The notes below the pieces were generated by a model that saw nothing but the letters and a program-made list of their open reading frames with translations, did no database searches and was not told the origin of the DNA. Shown here piece after piece: positions 30,920 to 41,635 of a stretch of DNA of 64,000 bases; the stretch's first letter is position 1; every line of letters begins with the position of its first letter. The stretch lies in contig CAXXWS020000004.1 of NCBI GenBank assembly GCA_963665325.3, positions 128,001-192,000 of the forward strand, in the 5' to 3' direction. This stretch comes from Alphaproteobacteria bacterium (GTDB taxonomy: Bacteria > Pseudomonadota > Alphaproteobacteria > Bin95). Made by a program: the position numbers and the translations under genes.

Positions 30920-32395
30920 ATGAACAGCAACGACGGGAGCGAGCGTCGCGACCGGTGGGCGCGGTTGCGCTTCGCGGTGGTCGGGCCGCTTCTGGCCTCG
31001 CCGCCGCCGGCGGGGCGGCTGCACGCCGAGCTTGAGCGGCTTGCCGAACGCGAGTGGGATCACCCGTCCGGCAAGGGCCGGGTGCGCTTCGCGGTGTCCA
31101 CGATCGAGCGCTGGTACTACCAGGCGCGGGCGGCGGACAACGATCCGGTGGGGGCGCTCAAGCGGCGCCCGCGCGCCGATGCCGGGCGCCCGCGCGCGAT
31201 GTCGCCGACGCTGATCGAGGCGCTGCACGAGCAGTACCGGGCGCATCCGTCGTGGTCGGCGCAGCTTCATCACGAGAATCTGGCCGCGCGGGTCGAGGCC
31301 GATCCCGAGCTCGGCCCGATACCGTCCTACGCGACGCTGACCCGGGCGATGCGGGCTCGCGGGCTGGTACGCAAGCGCCGGCGCAAGTGGCATGAGAGCG
31401 AGGCCAGGCCGGCGGTCGAAGCCCGCGAGGTATTGAGCTACGAGGTCTCGCGCTCTCACGCCCTGTGGCACGCCGACATGCACAGCGCCAAGCGTCGCGT
31501 GCTGACCGCCTCGGGCGAGTGGAAGACGCCGATCCTGCTCGGCTTCCTCGACGACCACTCGCGCCTCGGCTGCCACCTTCAGTGGTACCTCGCCGAGACC
31601 GCCGAGGTGTTCGTCCACGGCCTTTGCCAGGCCTTCATGAAGCGCGGTCTGCCGAGGTCCCTGCTGACCGACAACGGCGCGGCGATGACCGCGGGCGAGG
31701 TCGAGGAGGGGTTGCACCGGCTCGGCATCGCGGGGGTCACGACGCTCGCTTACAGCCCCCATCAGAACGGCAAGATCGAGTCGTTCTGGGGCACGGTCGA
31801 ATCGCGCCTGATGGCTCAGCTCGAAGGCGTCGACGCGCTTACCTTGAAGATGCTCAACGACGCCACCATCGCCTGGCTGGAGCAGGACTATCACCGCCGC
31901 AAGCACCGCGAGCTCGGCATGACGCCGCATCAACGCCTGGCCGGGAGCGTCGACGCGTCGAGATCCTGCCCCGGCTCGGCCGAGCTCAAGGCGGCCTTCC
32001 GCATCACCAGGAAGCGCACGCTCAGGCGCTCGGACGGCACCGTCTCGGTCGAGGGCATCCGCTACCAGGTGCCACAGCCGTGGCGCCACCTGCGCGAGGC
32101 CTGGATCCGTTACGCGCGCTGGAACCTCGCCAGCGTCGATCTGATCGACGGTCGAGGCGGCGAGCGCCTGTGCACGCTGTACCCCCTCGACAAGCGCGGC
32201 AACGCCGATGGCGTGCGCCGTCCCGCCGGCCCCGGCGGCAACGATGGCAATGGCGGCGCGGGGACGGGGGAACTTCCGCCGCTGCTCAAGGGCATGCTCG
32301 ACGCCCAGGCCGCAACCGGCCTGCCGCCGGCCTGGCTGCCCCATGACAAGACGCCCGGTCCGGGCGAGGACGAAGATCGGGGAGATGCGCCATGA
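30920..32395 (+). CDS. DDE integrase/transposase (rve core, Mu-type C-terminal domain)
   Basis: HTH STIERWYY; WHAD, LDDHSR, LTDNG, QNGKIE (D-D-E triad); DGTVSVEG..YQVP. Confidence 0.92.
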   Translation: MNSNDGSERRDRWARLRFAVVGPLLASPPPAGRLHAELERLAEREWDHPSGKGRVRFAVSTIERWYYQARAADNDPVGALKRRPRADAGRPRAMSPTLIEALHEQYRAHPSWSAQLHHENLAARVEADPELGPIPSYATLTRAMRARGLVRKRRRKWHESEARPAVEAREVLSYEVSRSHALWHADMHSAKRRVLTASGEWKTPILLGFLDDHSRLGCHLQWYLAETAEVFVHGLCQAFMKRGLPRSLLTDNGAAMTAGEVEEGLHRLGIAGVTTLAYSPHQNGKIESFWGTVESRLMAQLEGVDALTLKMLNDATIAWLEQDYHRRKHRELGMTPHQRLAGSVDASRSCPGSAELKAAFRITRKRTLRRSDGTVSVEGIRYQVPQPWRHLREAWIRYARWNLASVDLIDGRGGERLCTLYPLDKRGNADGVRRPAGPGGNDGNGGAGTGELPPLLKGMLDAQAATGLPPAWLPHDKTPGPGEDEDRGDAP

Positions 32396-33225
32396 ACCGG
32401 GAACTGCTCACCTTCTACGGGCTCAAGTGGAACCCCTTCGCCACCGACCTGCCGGTCGACAGTCTCATGGCGACGCCTGCCGTCGACAGCTTCTGCCTCA
32501 GGATCGAGCGCCACCTGGTGCGCCAGGGCGGCTTCGCCTTGATCGCCGGCGAGCCCGGCGCCGGAAAGAGTGTGGCGTTGCGCCTGCTCGCCGACCGTCT
32601 CGGCCGCTGCGAGGGGCTCAGCATCGCCGCCATCACCCATCCCTCCTCCCGGCTGTCCGACTTCTACCGCGAGATCGGCGAGATGTTCGGCGTCGACCTG
32701 ATGTACAACAACCGCTGGGCCAGCTTCAAAAGCCTGCGCGAGCGCTGGCTCGCCCATGTCGACGATACCCGCATGCGCCCCGTCGTGCTCGTCGACGAGG
32801 CCCAGGAGCTGCTGCCCTCGGTGTTCTCCGAGATCCGCCTGCTGGCTTCGACCGACTTCGACTCGCGCGCCATCCTCTCGGTCGTCCTCGCCGGCGACAC
32901 GCGCCTGCTCGACAAGCTCCGCCAGCCCGATCTGCAGCCCATCGCCTCGCGCATCCGCCAGCGCCTGGTCATGACCAAGGCCGAGGCCGGCGACCTCGCG
33001 GCCCTGCTCGACCATCTGATCGAGCAGGCCGGCAATCCCGGCCTCATGACCGCGGGCCTCAAGGACACCCTGGTCGCCCATGCCGACGGCAACCCGCGGG
33101 CGCTCACCGTCATGGCCGACGCCCTGCTCGCCGCCGCCGCCGAGAAGGAGCGCGAGGTCCTCGACGAGAAGCTCTTCATCGAGACCCTGGGCGAACCCGC
33201 CAAGCCGAGGAGGGCGCGGCGGTGA
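32392..33225 (+). CDS. ExeA/TniB-like AAA+ ATPase (transposition helper)
   Basis: FYGL..NPF, GEPGAGKS, VDEAQ, LAG, SRI, GNPR; ATGA overlap with the transposase. Confidence 0.9.
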   Translation: MNRELLTFYGLKWNPFATDLPVDSLMATPAVDSFCLRIERHLVRQGGFALIAGEPGAGKSVALRLLADRLGRCEGLSIAAITHPSSRLSDFYREIGEMFGVDLMYNNRWASFKSLRERWLAHVDDTRMRPVVLVDEAQELLPSVFSEIRLLASTDFDSRAILSVVLAGDTRLLDKLRQPDLQPIASRIRQRLVMTKAEAGDLAALLDHLIEQAGNPGLMTAGLKDTLVAHADGNPRALTVMADALLAAAAEKEREVLDEKLFIETLGEPAKPRRARR

Positions 33226-34220
33226 AGGGCTTCCCGACACGGGCGCCGGCGGAGCTCGAAGAGCGCCCCCAGGCGCGCCGCTGGATGGTCGAGGCGTTGT
33301 GGTCCGAGCAGGGCGTCGGCATCGTCGGCGGCGAGCCCAAGTGCGGCAAATCCTTCCTCGCACTCGACATCGCCGTCGCGGTCGCCGCCGGCGTCCCCTG
33401 CCTGCGCCACTTCCGTCCCGCCGCAAGCGGCCCCGTGCTGCTGTTCGCCGCCGAGGACGCCGGCCATATCGTGCGCGCACGCCTCCAGGGCATCGCAAAG
33501 GCGGCAGGCACCGCGTTCGAGACCCTCGACATCGCCGTCATCGACGTGCCCACGCTGCGTCTCGACCATCGCGCCGATCGCCAGCGCCTGGTCGAGACGG
33601 TGGAGCGCGTCTCACCCCGCCTCGTCGTCCTCGACCCCCTCGTGCGCCTGCACGGCGTCGACGAAAATACCGTCGCCGAGGTCGCCCCCATGCTGGGCTT
33701 CCTGCGCGACATACAGCGCCGCTTCGAAACCGCCGTCCTCCTCGTCCATCACGCACGAAAGAGCGGCGGCTCCCGGCCCGGGCAGGCGCTGCGCGGCAGC
33801 AGCGAACTTCACGCCTGGGGCGATTCGAATCTGTACCTGCGCCGGCGAGACCGCCAGATCCTCATGACCGTCGAGCATCGCGACGCCCCTGGCCTCGAAG
33901 ACCTCGAGATCGAACTCGCCGACGACGACGAGCGCCCCGCCCTGCGGTTGCGCGAGACGCCGGAAGACCAGGCGCCGGAGCCGGATACCCCCGAACGGCG
34001 CATCCTGCAGGCCCTCGCCGACGCCGACGCGCCGCTCTCCCAGCGCCGGATCCGCGAGCGCGCGGCAACCCGGCCCGCAACCGTCGCCGAGGCGCTGCAC
34101 AGGCTCGTCCGCGAAGGACGCGTCGAGCGCGCATCCGAAGGCGGATACCGCCTCGCCGCCCTCAACGGCAACGACCGCAGGGACACGTTACCGAAAACCG
34201 TTACCGCCTCGAACCCCTAG
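33222..34220 (+). CDS. AAA_25 / RepA-like SF4-type helicase with C-terminal winged HTH (332 aa)
   Basis: GTGA overlap; WMVEALW, GEPKCGKS, AAED, VVLDP, LLVHHARK, LRGSS; C-terminal LSQRRIRE...VAEALHRLVREG.V. Confidence 0.85.
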   Translation: MKGFPTRAPAELEERPQARRWMVEALWSEQGVGIVGGEPKCGKSFLALDIAVAVAAGVPCLRHFRPAASGPVLLFAAEDAGHIVRARLQGIAKAAGTAFETLDIAVIDVPTLRLDHRADRQRLVETVERVSPRLVVLDPLVRLHGVDENTVAEVAPMLGFLRDIQRRFETAVLLVHHARKSGGSRPGQALRGSSELHAWGDSNLYLRRRDRQILMTVEHRDAPGLEDLEIELADDDERPALRLRETPEDQAPEPDTPERRILQALADADAPLSQRRIRERAATRPATVAEALHRLVREGRVERASEGGYRLAALNGNDRRDTLPKTVTASNP

Positions 34221-34247
34221 GGAGAGAGGGTAACGGTAACGGGTAAC
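34186..34247. repeat. Iteron-like GTTACC/GGTAAC repeats around a CCCTAGGG palindrome
   Basis: CGTTACC at 34186 and 34199; CCCTAGGG at 34215-34222; GGTAAC at 34229, 34235 and 34242. Confidence 0.8.
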
Positions 34248-34493
34248 ACCGCTCCCATTGTCACACTGCGTAAAGCGGCCGGCCCGTGGCCGGAAGCTTG
34301 CTTACGGCCATGGATGCACTCCGTCGGAGGGACGGCGGCGGGTCACCCGAAGGGCCGGAGCGCAGCGCAGGAGCCGCGAAGCGGCTTGACGCGCCGACGG
34401 CCGTCCGACACCCCCGCCGTCACGCCCGGCCCGACGCCTGAAAACCATCGAACAACGTGACCATCCCGCCATCAGATACCGAGAGCACACTCA

Positions 34494-37400
34494 GTGTCGT
34501 CGTCCGTCGCTGCCAGCGTCACGACCGTGGTCTCGTTCTCCGCAACCTCGACCGGCGAGACCGTCGTCACGACCGGTGCTGCATCGTCGTCCTCCACCAC
34601 AACCTCGGACGACGATGCGGTTCCATCCACGCTGTAGCCGGTCCCGGCCGCGACCGTCGTGGTGATCGTGCTCGCATCCTCCACGACCTCGTCGTCCTCG
34701 GTCGCGACACTCAGGTCCGCCGTGCTCGAGCCGGCGTCGAACGTCGCCGTCGCCGGTGCGGTGCCCGCCACCGTCGCACCGGTCTCGCTCACGCTCACCG
34801 CGACCGTGAGCGCATCCGTCGTGTCGCCCGTCCGGCTCAGCGTGAAGGAGGCTGAAGTCCCCTCCGTCACGGTGCTCGTCGCCGCCGCGATCGAGACTTC
34901 GGGAGGCGCCGCCGCAACCGCCGCCGTCGCGGCGCTGACCAGCGACTCCTCCGTGCCACGGTCGTCGGTATAGGTGAGGCGTACCTTCACCGTCTTGCCC
35001 GCGTCCGCAGACGTCAGCGTGTAGGTGGACCCGGTCGCGTCCGCGATGTCGGCATCCACCGTCCCGTCGTTCGCGATCCACTGCCAGGCGAACACCGCAT
35101 TCGTGAGCCCGTCGGCATCCGATACCTCGGAGGCCGAAGCCGTCAGCGTCTCGCCCTCCTGCGCCACACCCGATATCTTCGGCAGGCCTTCTGGCGCCGT
35201 GTTGGCCAGCGTGTCGTTGGTCACGGCCTGGTCCGAGAAGTCCGCCGCAGGATTGCCTGCCAGGTCGCGGAGCGGGTTCGCATTCGCACCCGTCGGGCCT
35301 GCGTACCCGACCGTCACCGTCTCCGCGGCCACAACGGCCGAGGCCAACGTCAGCGTCACCGCGCTGCCGCTCATGGAAACGTTCGAGACGTCCCGTCCCG
35401 CACCGTCCACCGTGGCGGAGAACGCGCTCGAGGCCGGCGGGGCGCTCTCGTCCAGCGCCTCGCTGAAGGAAAGCGTAAGCAGGTCGCCATCCACGCTCGC
35501 GCTCGACAGTTCCGGCGCGATCTCCTCCACGTCTGCGAGGCGGACGATGAGGGCCTTGTCCGTCCAATTGTATCCGTCCACGACGCGCACCGTGACTTCG
35601 TAATCGCCGTCCTGATCCGCATCGTCCGGCGCCTCGTAGTCCTTCGCTGCCGTGAAGGAGAGTACGCCTGCCGTCGTCAAGGTGAAGCTGGCGGCATCCG
35701 TTCCGCCCATGCTCCCCCACGGAATCGCCCAAACGAATCTCGGCTCCGCCGCGTCCTCGTCCGTTGCCGTCAGCGTTGCGACTACGCCCTGGTTCTCCGC
35801 GACAACGACGGGCGAGACCGTGGTGATCACCGGCGGCGCGTCGTCGTCTTGTACCTCAACCTCAGCGGATGTCGCGTTTGCATCCAGGCTGTAGTCGGCG
35901 CCGGCCGCAACCGCCGCGGTGATGGTGCTCGCGTCCTCCACGACCTCGTCATCCTTCGTCGCGACGCTGAGCTCAGCCGTGGCCGATCCGGCGGCGAAGG
36001 TCGCCGTCTCCGGTGCCGTGCCGGACACCATCGCGCCGGTCTCGCTCATGCTCACATCCACCGTCAGTGCGGCCGCCGTATCGCCGGTCCGGCTTAGCGT
36101 GAAGGCGGCGGGCTCACCCTCCGTCACCGGGCTCGAAGCGGGCGCAATGGATATCTCGGGGAGCGCCGGGCCCGGCACGGTGGCCGAGACCGCCTCCGAA
36201 AGAGTTCGGCCTTCCCTCGTGCACACCGCGCCTCGTTCGCCGCACGCCCGCGCGGGCAGCGTGACGGCGATGTCGCCGTCCGTGTCCGGCTCGAGCGTGA
36301 GGCGCCAGCCGATGTTGGAGCCCTTCTCCAGACGCTGCGCCCGTGTCACCGCCCCGCCGCTGACCTCGAATGCCCGGTCGCGCAGCTTCCGATAGCCGAT
36401 TCGGAACTCTTCGCTGAAATGCAGCTCGAACTGGAACGCGGTCAAGCCGTCGTGGCTCTCCGGAACGTTCTCGAAGCGCGCCGTGAGCCAGTCGCTCGCC
36501 GCCACCTCGACCGCAGCAGAGCCGATCGCGGTTCCGTCATGAGAGACCGCCGCCTCGATGGTCTCCGCCGGCTCCTGATCGGCGTCGTCGGTAGCCGTTA
36601 CCGTGGCCGTCACCGTGCTCGCGCCCGCCGCGAGCGTGAGCGCGTAGGGAGAGGCGAGCGCCTGCCCGCCGCCGTCGGCGACCCCGTAGTCCGCCGCGAC
36701 CGCTGTGCTGGCCGCGAAGTCGAGCGCGATCGTCTGGTCCGCCGCGAAGGTCAGGCCGTTCGCAATCGCCACCGTCAGCGTCGAGGCCTCCCCCTCCTCG
36801 ATCTGCGCCGGGCTCGCCGAGACGGTGAAGGTCGCCGCGTCGTTGTCGTTCACCGCCACCTCGGCGGACGAGGCGCTCGCATCGACGGTGTAGCCGGTCC
36901 CGGCCGTAACGCTCGCCGTGATCGTGCTTGCCGCCTCGACGACCGTGTCGTCCTCGGTCGCGACGCTCAGTTCCGTCGTGCTCGAGCCGGCGGCGAAGGT
37001 CGCGGTCGCAGGCGCGCTGCCCGCCACCATCGCGCCGGTCTCGCTCACGCTCACGTCCACGGTCAGTGCAGCCGCCATGTCGCCCGCGCGCGTCAAGGTG
37101 AAGGCGGCGGCCTCACCCTCCGTCACCGGGCTCGAAGCGGGCGCAATGGATATCTCGGACGTCCCTATGACGGCATCCGTCGTGATTTCCAAAGGCAGGC
37201 TTCTGGATTTCACGAGTGAATAGCCCGAGTGCGACGACGAGGGCAGGGAGGGAAGGGTGCCGATATCGACGGTCACTGCCCCTGTTTCTTCCGCCAGGCG
37301 GGCGACGCCGACCGGGGCGCTTTCCGTGCTGCCTGCGGGGATGACGACGGTGCTGGAGCCGTCGCTGAGCTGCCCGTTGGTGACGACGATCGGCAGCTCG

Positions 37401-40400
37401 ATGCGGAAGGGCGCGCCGCTGTCCGCCGTTGCCTTGAAGGTGCCGCCTCCTGCCGCTTCGAGTCCGATGTCAACGGGCAGTGGACCGACTGTGTTTCCAG
37501 TCAAATTGAGGTATTCAAGCGAAGTCAGTCCCGAGAATATCCCGTCCGGCAAGCTGCTCAGTCGATTGTTGCTCAAATTAAGGGCTTTTAGGGAGTTCAG
37601 CCCGGAAAACACATCTGCTTCCAGCACCGTTAGCTTGTTGGAACGCAGCAACAAGTATTCCAACTTGGAAAGACCGTAGAACAAATTCCGGGGTATGGTC
37701 GTCAAATTTCGATTCGAAGATATAGAAAGAGATTTCAGTCCCGAGAGGCCGGAAAAATCGTCCGTTCTCAGTACGCTCACTCTGACGCTTCCGCTGCCCG
37801 CTATCTCGAGCCGCCCGATCATTGCCAGCTCGGTGGCTGTAATGTCCGAGCAATCCTTCAGAAGCCTTGCAGCAATCGCATCGCGCACTATAGGGGTTCG
37901 ATCGCAAACGCCACCGATTGCATCGTTCGGGACCGACCTGTTCACGAAGCCCGCGGCACCATTGCTCGCCAGATCGCGAAGTTTCGAATCTCCGTTTGCC
38001 GTGGGCACCGTGTACGAGACGTAGACCGGTTCGCTTGCCGCCACCGCTGCGCTCAATTGCAACTCCACCGTGGCGCCCGATAGCGATACGGTCGTGACGG
38101 AGCGCGTTGCACCCGCCACTCTGACCGCATAAGCGCTTGTGGGCGGGATCGAGCCCGTGTCCAACGCTTCGTCGTAGATCAAGGTGAGCGCCGATCCGGA
38201 GACGGAGACGCTTTCGAGCTCTGGCGGCGTCGAATCTTCATCCTGAAGCGTAACGGACGCGGTCGTTACAGTGCCTGATTCCACGCCGTCAGGCAGTCTG
38301 CCGAGACCGAGAACGATGTGTTCTCCCTGCTCCGCCTCGCTGTCCGCAGACGCCGTGACCGTCACGGTTTGCGACAGCGGACCGCCACTTGTGAACGTTA
38401 CGCTGCTGGAGGATGTGTATTCCAGCGGGGATGCGCCACCCAGAGGCGTTGCAATTATGGGGATGGTGACCGTGCGCTCAGGATCATGGTTCAAGCGAAC
38501 CGTGACCGATGCCGTGCCCCCTTCTGTCACGGCATAGACCGTCTTTGCGAACTCGACTGTGACCGGCCGCGGTTGGCGCACCAGAGTCGCCGTAAAACTG
38601 TCTTGCGTGATTCCATCCTCTGCCGTTACCGAGACGGTTATGACGTTCTCACCAACCGATGGCTCGAACTCGTAGATTCGACAGTCGTGATCCGGTTGGC
38701 CACAGTAAGAGCCAAGGAGATTGTCCGCTCCAACCGCAGGCATGGAAGGCGAAATCGTGACGGTTGCTTCTGAATTGCTTGGCTCAACGGCCAAGTGCAC
38801 CAAACTGGTCGCCCAAGAAACGGTCGCTTCATAGTTCCCCGAGCTTAGCATGCTGGCGCCCGTCACGCCCGAATTGGGACTACGACCGAACATGACCCTC
38901 TTCGTACCCGTGTCCGTGGAGAGCGGCACCGATGTGTTTCGCACTGCGAAGTCGGCGAAAGACTCTGCCGGGTTTTGTGACAAGTCGCGAATTCGAGCCG
39001 CGCCCTGAGCCGTTGGAACCGTGTAGCCCAGCGACACGACCTCGCCCTCCACGACCGGCGAAGCCAGCGTAAGTTCGACCGCGCTTCCGGTTATGACCAC
39101 GTCGTCCACGGCACGATCGTTGCTGGCGACCGTTACCGAGAACGTTTCGGCTGCCGGTACGGACGCCGTATCCAGCGCCTCGTTCCATGTCAGCACGAGA
39201 GCGGCGCTGTCCGCGGTGGCTCGGAGCAATTCTGGAGCCGTTGTGTCCGTCGCCGATGGCGTCGCCGTGACTTCCGTCGAGGCGCCGTCCCCGTTCTGGT
39301 TGTAGGGCACGATTCGAACCGAGTGCTCCGTACCGTTCGTCAGCCCGGCAATCGTATGGGCATTCCTCTCGGCGACGTCGACGACCACGGCCTGCCGCGA
39401 GGTGTCGTATTGCTGCGAACCCGATTTCCACTGGATCCTGTAGCCTTCGATGGGTGAGCCGCCATCGCTGGCCGGGGCGCTCCAGGAGACCGCGAGCTTT
39501 CCGCTCCCTGCAGCGTTGGCCGCAACGCTCCCTGGTGCGCCTGGCACACAGCCACCGTCACGCCACGGATTGCGCGCAACGCCGTCTTCGAACGCCGATT
39601 CCGCCGCCTTTGAATTGCTGCAGTACCCGCCGAACGAGTTCCTGAGTTGATACACAACAATGCCTCTTTCGTGGCTGTCCTCCATACTCTTCACGTCAGC
39701 CCAAAGCTTTTCCAGGTCCGGGCCATCTGCAATAGCGCCATAGGTCGTGGAGAACCATGCGGGCATCGTGCCCGAAATCGCGCTGCGCATAACCGCGACG
39801 GCTTCTGCGGTTGTTCTCGAATTCCAGTCGGTGCAGGCATCCCAATAGGTAGGGTCGATATCCGGTAAAATGGACAGAAGAAATACGTCGGCGTAAAGCT
39901 CCGATATTCTGCAGTTATTGCCGGCCACGACCGGCAAGCTCTCGAGATACAGGCGAAAAGCGGACAAGGCAGCAATGTCGCCAGATAAGTCGCTATTCTT
40001 GTCGTAGTAGTGCGCCATTTCGTGAATCAGGATTCTCGCTAATTGTGCAGCCCCCGAATCAACTATGCTCTCTTGAACCACCGTACCGGTCACGCGGCAT
40101 GTGTGCAGTCCATCCGCTCGTGGGCTGCACGAAGATTGCACGGCCGCCGATCCGGGGGCTGCCTCGACAATGTTGAATACCTTCCCATTCCGCTTCATGT
40201 GCTCCCAGGAAGTACGTAGCCAAGGCGATGAATTGCCGTACACGGCAACGACCTGATCTTCTATGAAGCTAAGAAGGTAAGAATCGAGCGAAATCGGTGT
40301 CCCCGTGATTTCATTCGTAGGCTCACTGTCTCCCAACAAATTGTAAGCAATAACCCTCATCCGGTACTCGGTACCGTTCTGCAAGCCTGTAATCTTGTAC

Positions 40401-41635
40401 GCCCACCGAAAAGTGATACCGATTGGAACCATCTCCGTGACGATCGCTTGGTCGGACGACTCCCAGGAGTTCGGATCCGACGTCCACTGCACCTTGTAGC
40501 CGACAACAGGCGATCCACCGTCCCGTGCCGGTGGCCACCACCGGATACTGAGTTCGCCATCGTTTCGGCTGGACAGGTAATTCGAGGCAGGGGCCTCGGG
40601 CGGTGCCTGGGAGCGCGTCAGAGACAACGTATACGTCTTGCGATCGATGGTGTTCTCCGCCGTGACGACGATGTCCAGGGTGTTTTGTCCCGCGCCGAGA
40701 GGGACCTGATGGCCGGACGCATTGGTATCGGCGTCTACAGAGGGCGAGAAAGCGACTGTGGCACCGGAATCGCTCGGCGTCGGCGTGACAGTCGCCGCCG
40801 TCACGGAATACGGCACGACAGCGCGGTACTGCTCGGTGGCGGATGAGAATGCCGGCGTCAGCGTCGCTCCGGACACGGTCAGCGCACTCAACGTCGCATC
40901 GGATGATGCCGTTCCGGTATTCACGACGACTTGGTTGCTCAGAGCCGGCGCTTGGTTGCCCAACCAGTCCTGCAGGGGCTGGGCCGTGGCGCCGGTCGGT
41001 ACCGCATAGCTGAGCGTGACGGTATCGCTTGCGGAGGTAGCGCTCGACAGCGTCAGCGTGACCTCGGTCCCTTGGATGTTCACGCCGGAAACCGCTGCGG
41101 TGCTTCCCCCGGCGACGACGGTAAAGACACTGGTGGACGGTACAGAATTCGCATCCAACAATTCATCAAACGTGAGACGGAGGGTGGCGCCAACGACGTT
41201 GGCACTAACGAGCAGAGGCTGTTCCCCTGAACTTGATGTTGCAAAAATTTGTGAAGAATAGCCAGATGTTCTCGCGAATCTGGCGCCCACACGGACACAA
41301 TACTCCTGTCCGTTCTGAAGACCAGTAATCGTGTAGGATGTCTGCGTGGTTGCCACGTCGGTCCATGTCGCACCTGCGTAATTCCATCCGCAAAACTTAC
41401 CGCTCGGAGTGGGCACGTTCAGACGTGGAATGGTATAGTTTACGACATACTTGACGAGCGTCATATCTTGTTCGGCCGGTGGCTCCCAAGTCACACCCAG
41501 TATTCCATCTCCCGGCGTGACGCGGACATTGTTGGGCTCAAGTTCCGAGGCAGACAGTGTTCCGGATGTCTGCAGAACAATAACTGCCACAAGCACCGCA
41601 AGAGCCACGCGGCAGGCGCGAGCTATTAACGTCAT
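34494..41635 (-). pseudogene. 5' part of the giant modular surface protein (signal peptide, FN3 x3, SwmB-like, cadherin-like, HEXXH domain, LRR, Calx-beta-like); now ends at a premature stop at 34472 inside the element
   Basis: Hydrophobic N-terminus; W.PP..DGGSP..GY.VQW; DATLSALTVSG.TLTPAFS; HEMAH; LxxLxLxxNxL repeats after a CDRTPIVRDAI cap. Confidence 0.88.

Larger units (their letters stand above)
30110..34493 (+). mobile_element. 4,384-bp DDE transposon (Zn-finger/HTH + Mu-like transposase + ExeA-like ATPase + AAA_25 helicase)
   Basis: Ends TGAGCGGGCGC... and ...GAGAGCACACTCA (TG...CA, weak IR); GTGT duplicated at 30106-30109 and 34494-34497; removal restores the D-D-D-T-A-A-A-D reading frame. 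Confidence 0.92.

Noticed and set aside
32208-33221. N-terminal extension of the 670-aa ORF 32208-34220
   Set aside because: Overlaps the transposase and ExeA genes out of frame and is Arg/Pro-rich; the real gene starts at GTG 33222.
30110-34493. Assignment to IS21 or to a Tn7/CAST system
   Set aside because: The ATPase is ExeA-like rather than IstB-like, the IS21-type repeated ends are not evident, and there is no TnsA/TniQ/Cas gene.
26616-41635. CRISPR array or diversity-generating retroelement TR/VR pair among the repeats
   Set aside because: The repeats are in-frame protein modules without regular spacers; no cas or reverse transcriptase gene; differences are not adenine-specific as far as I can see.
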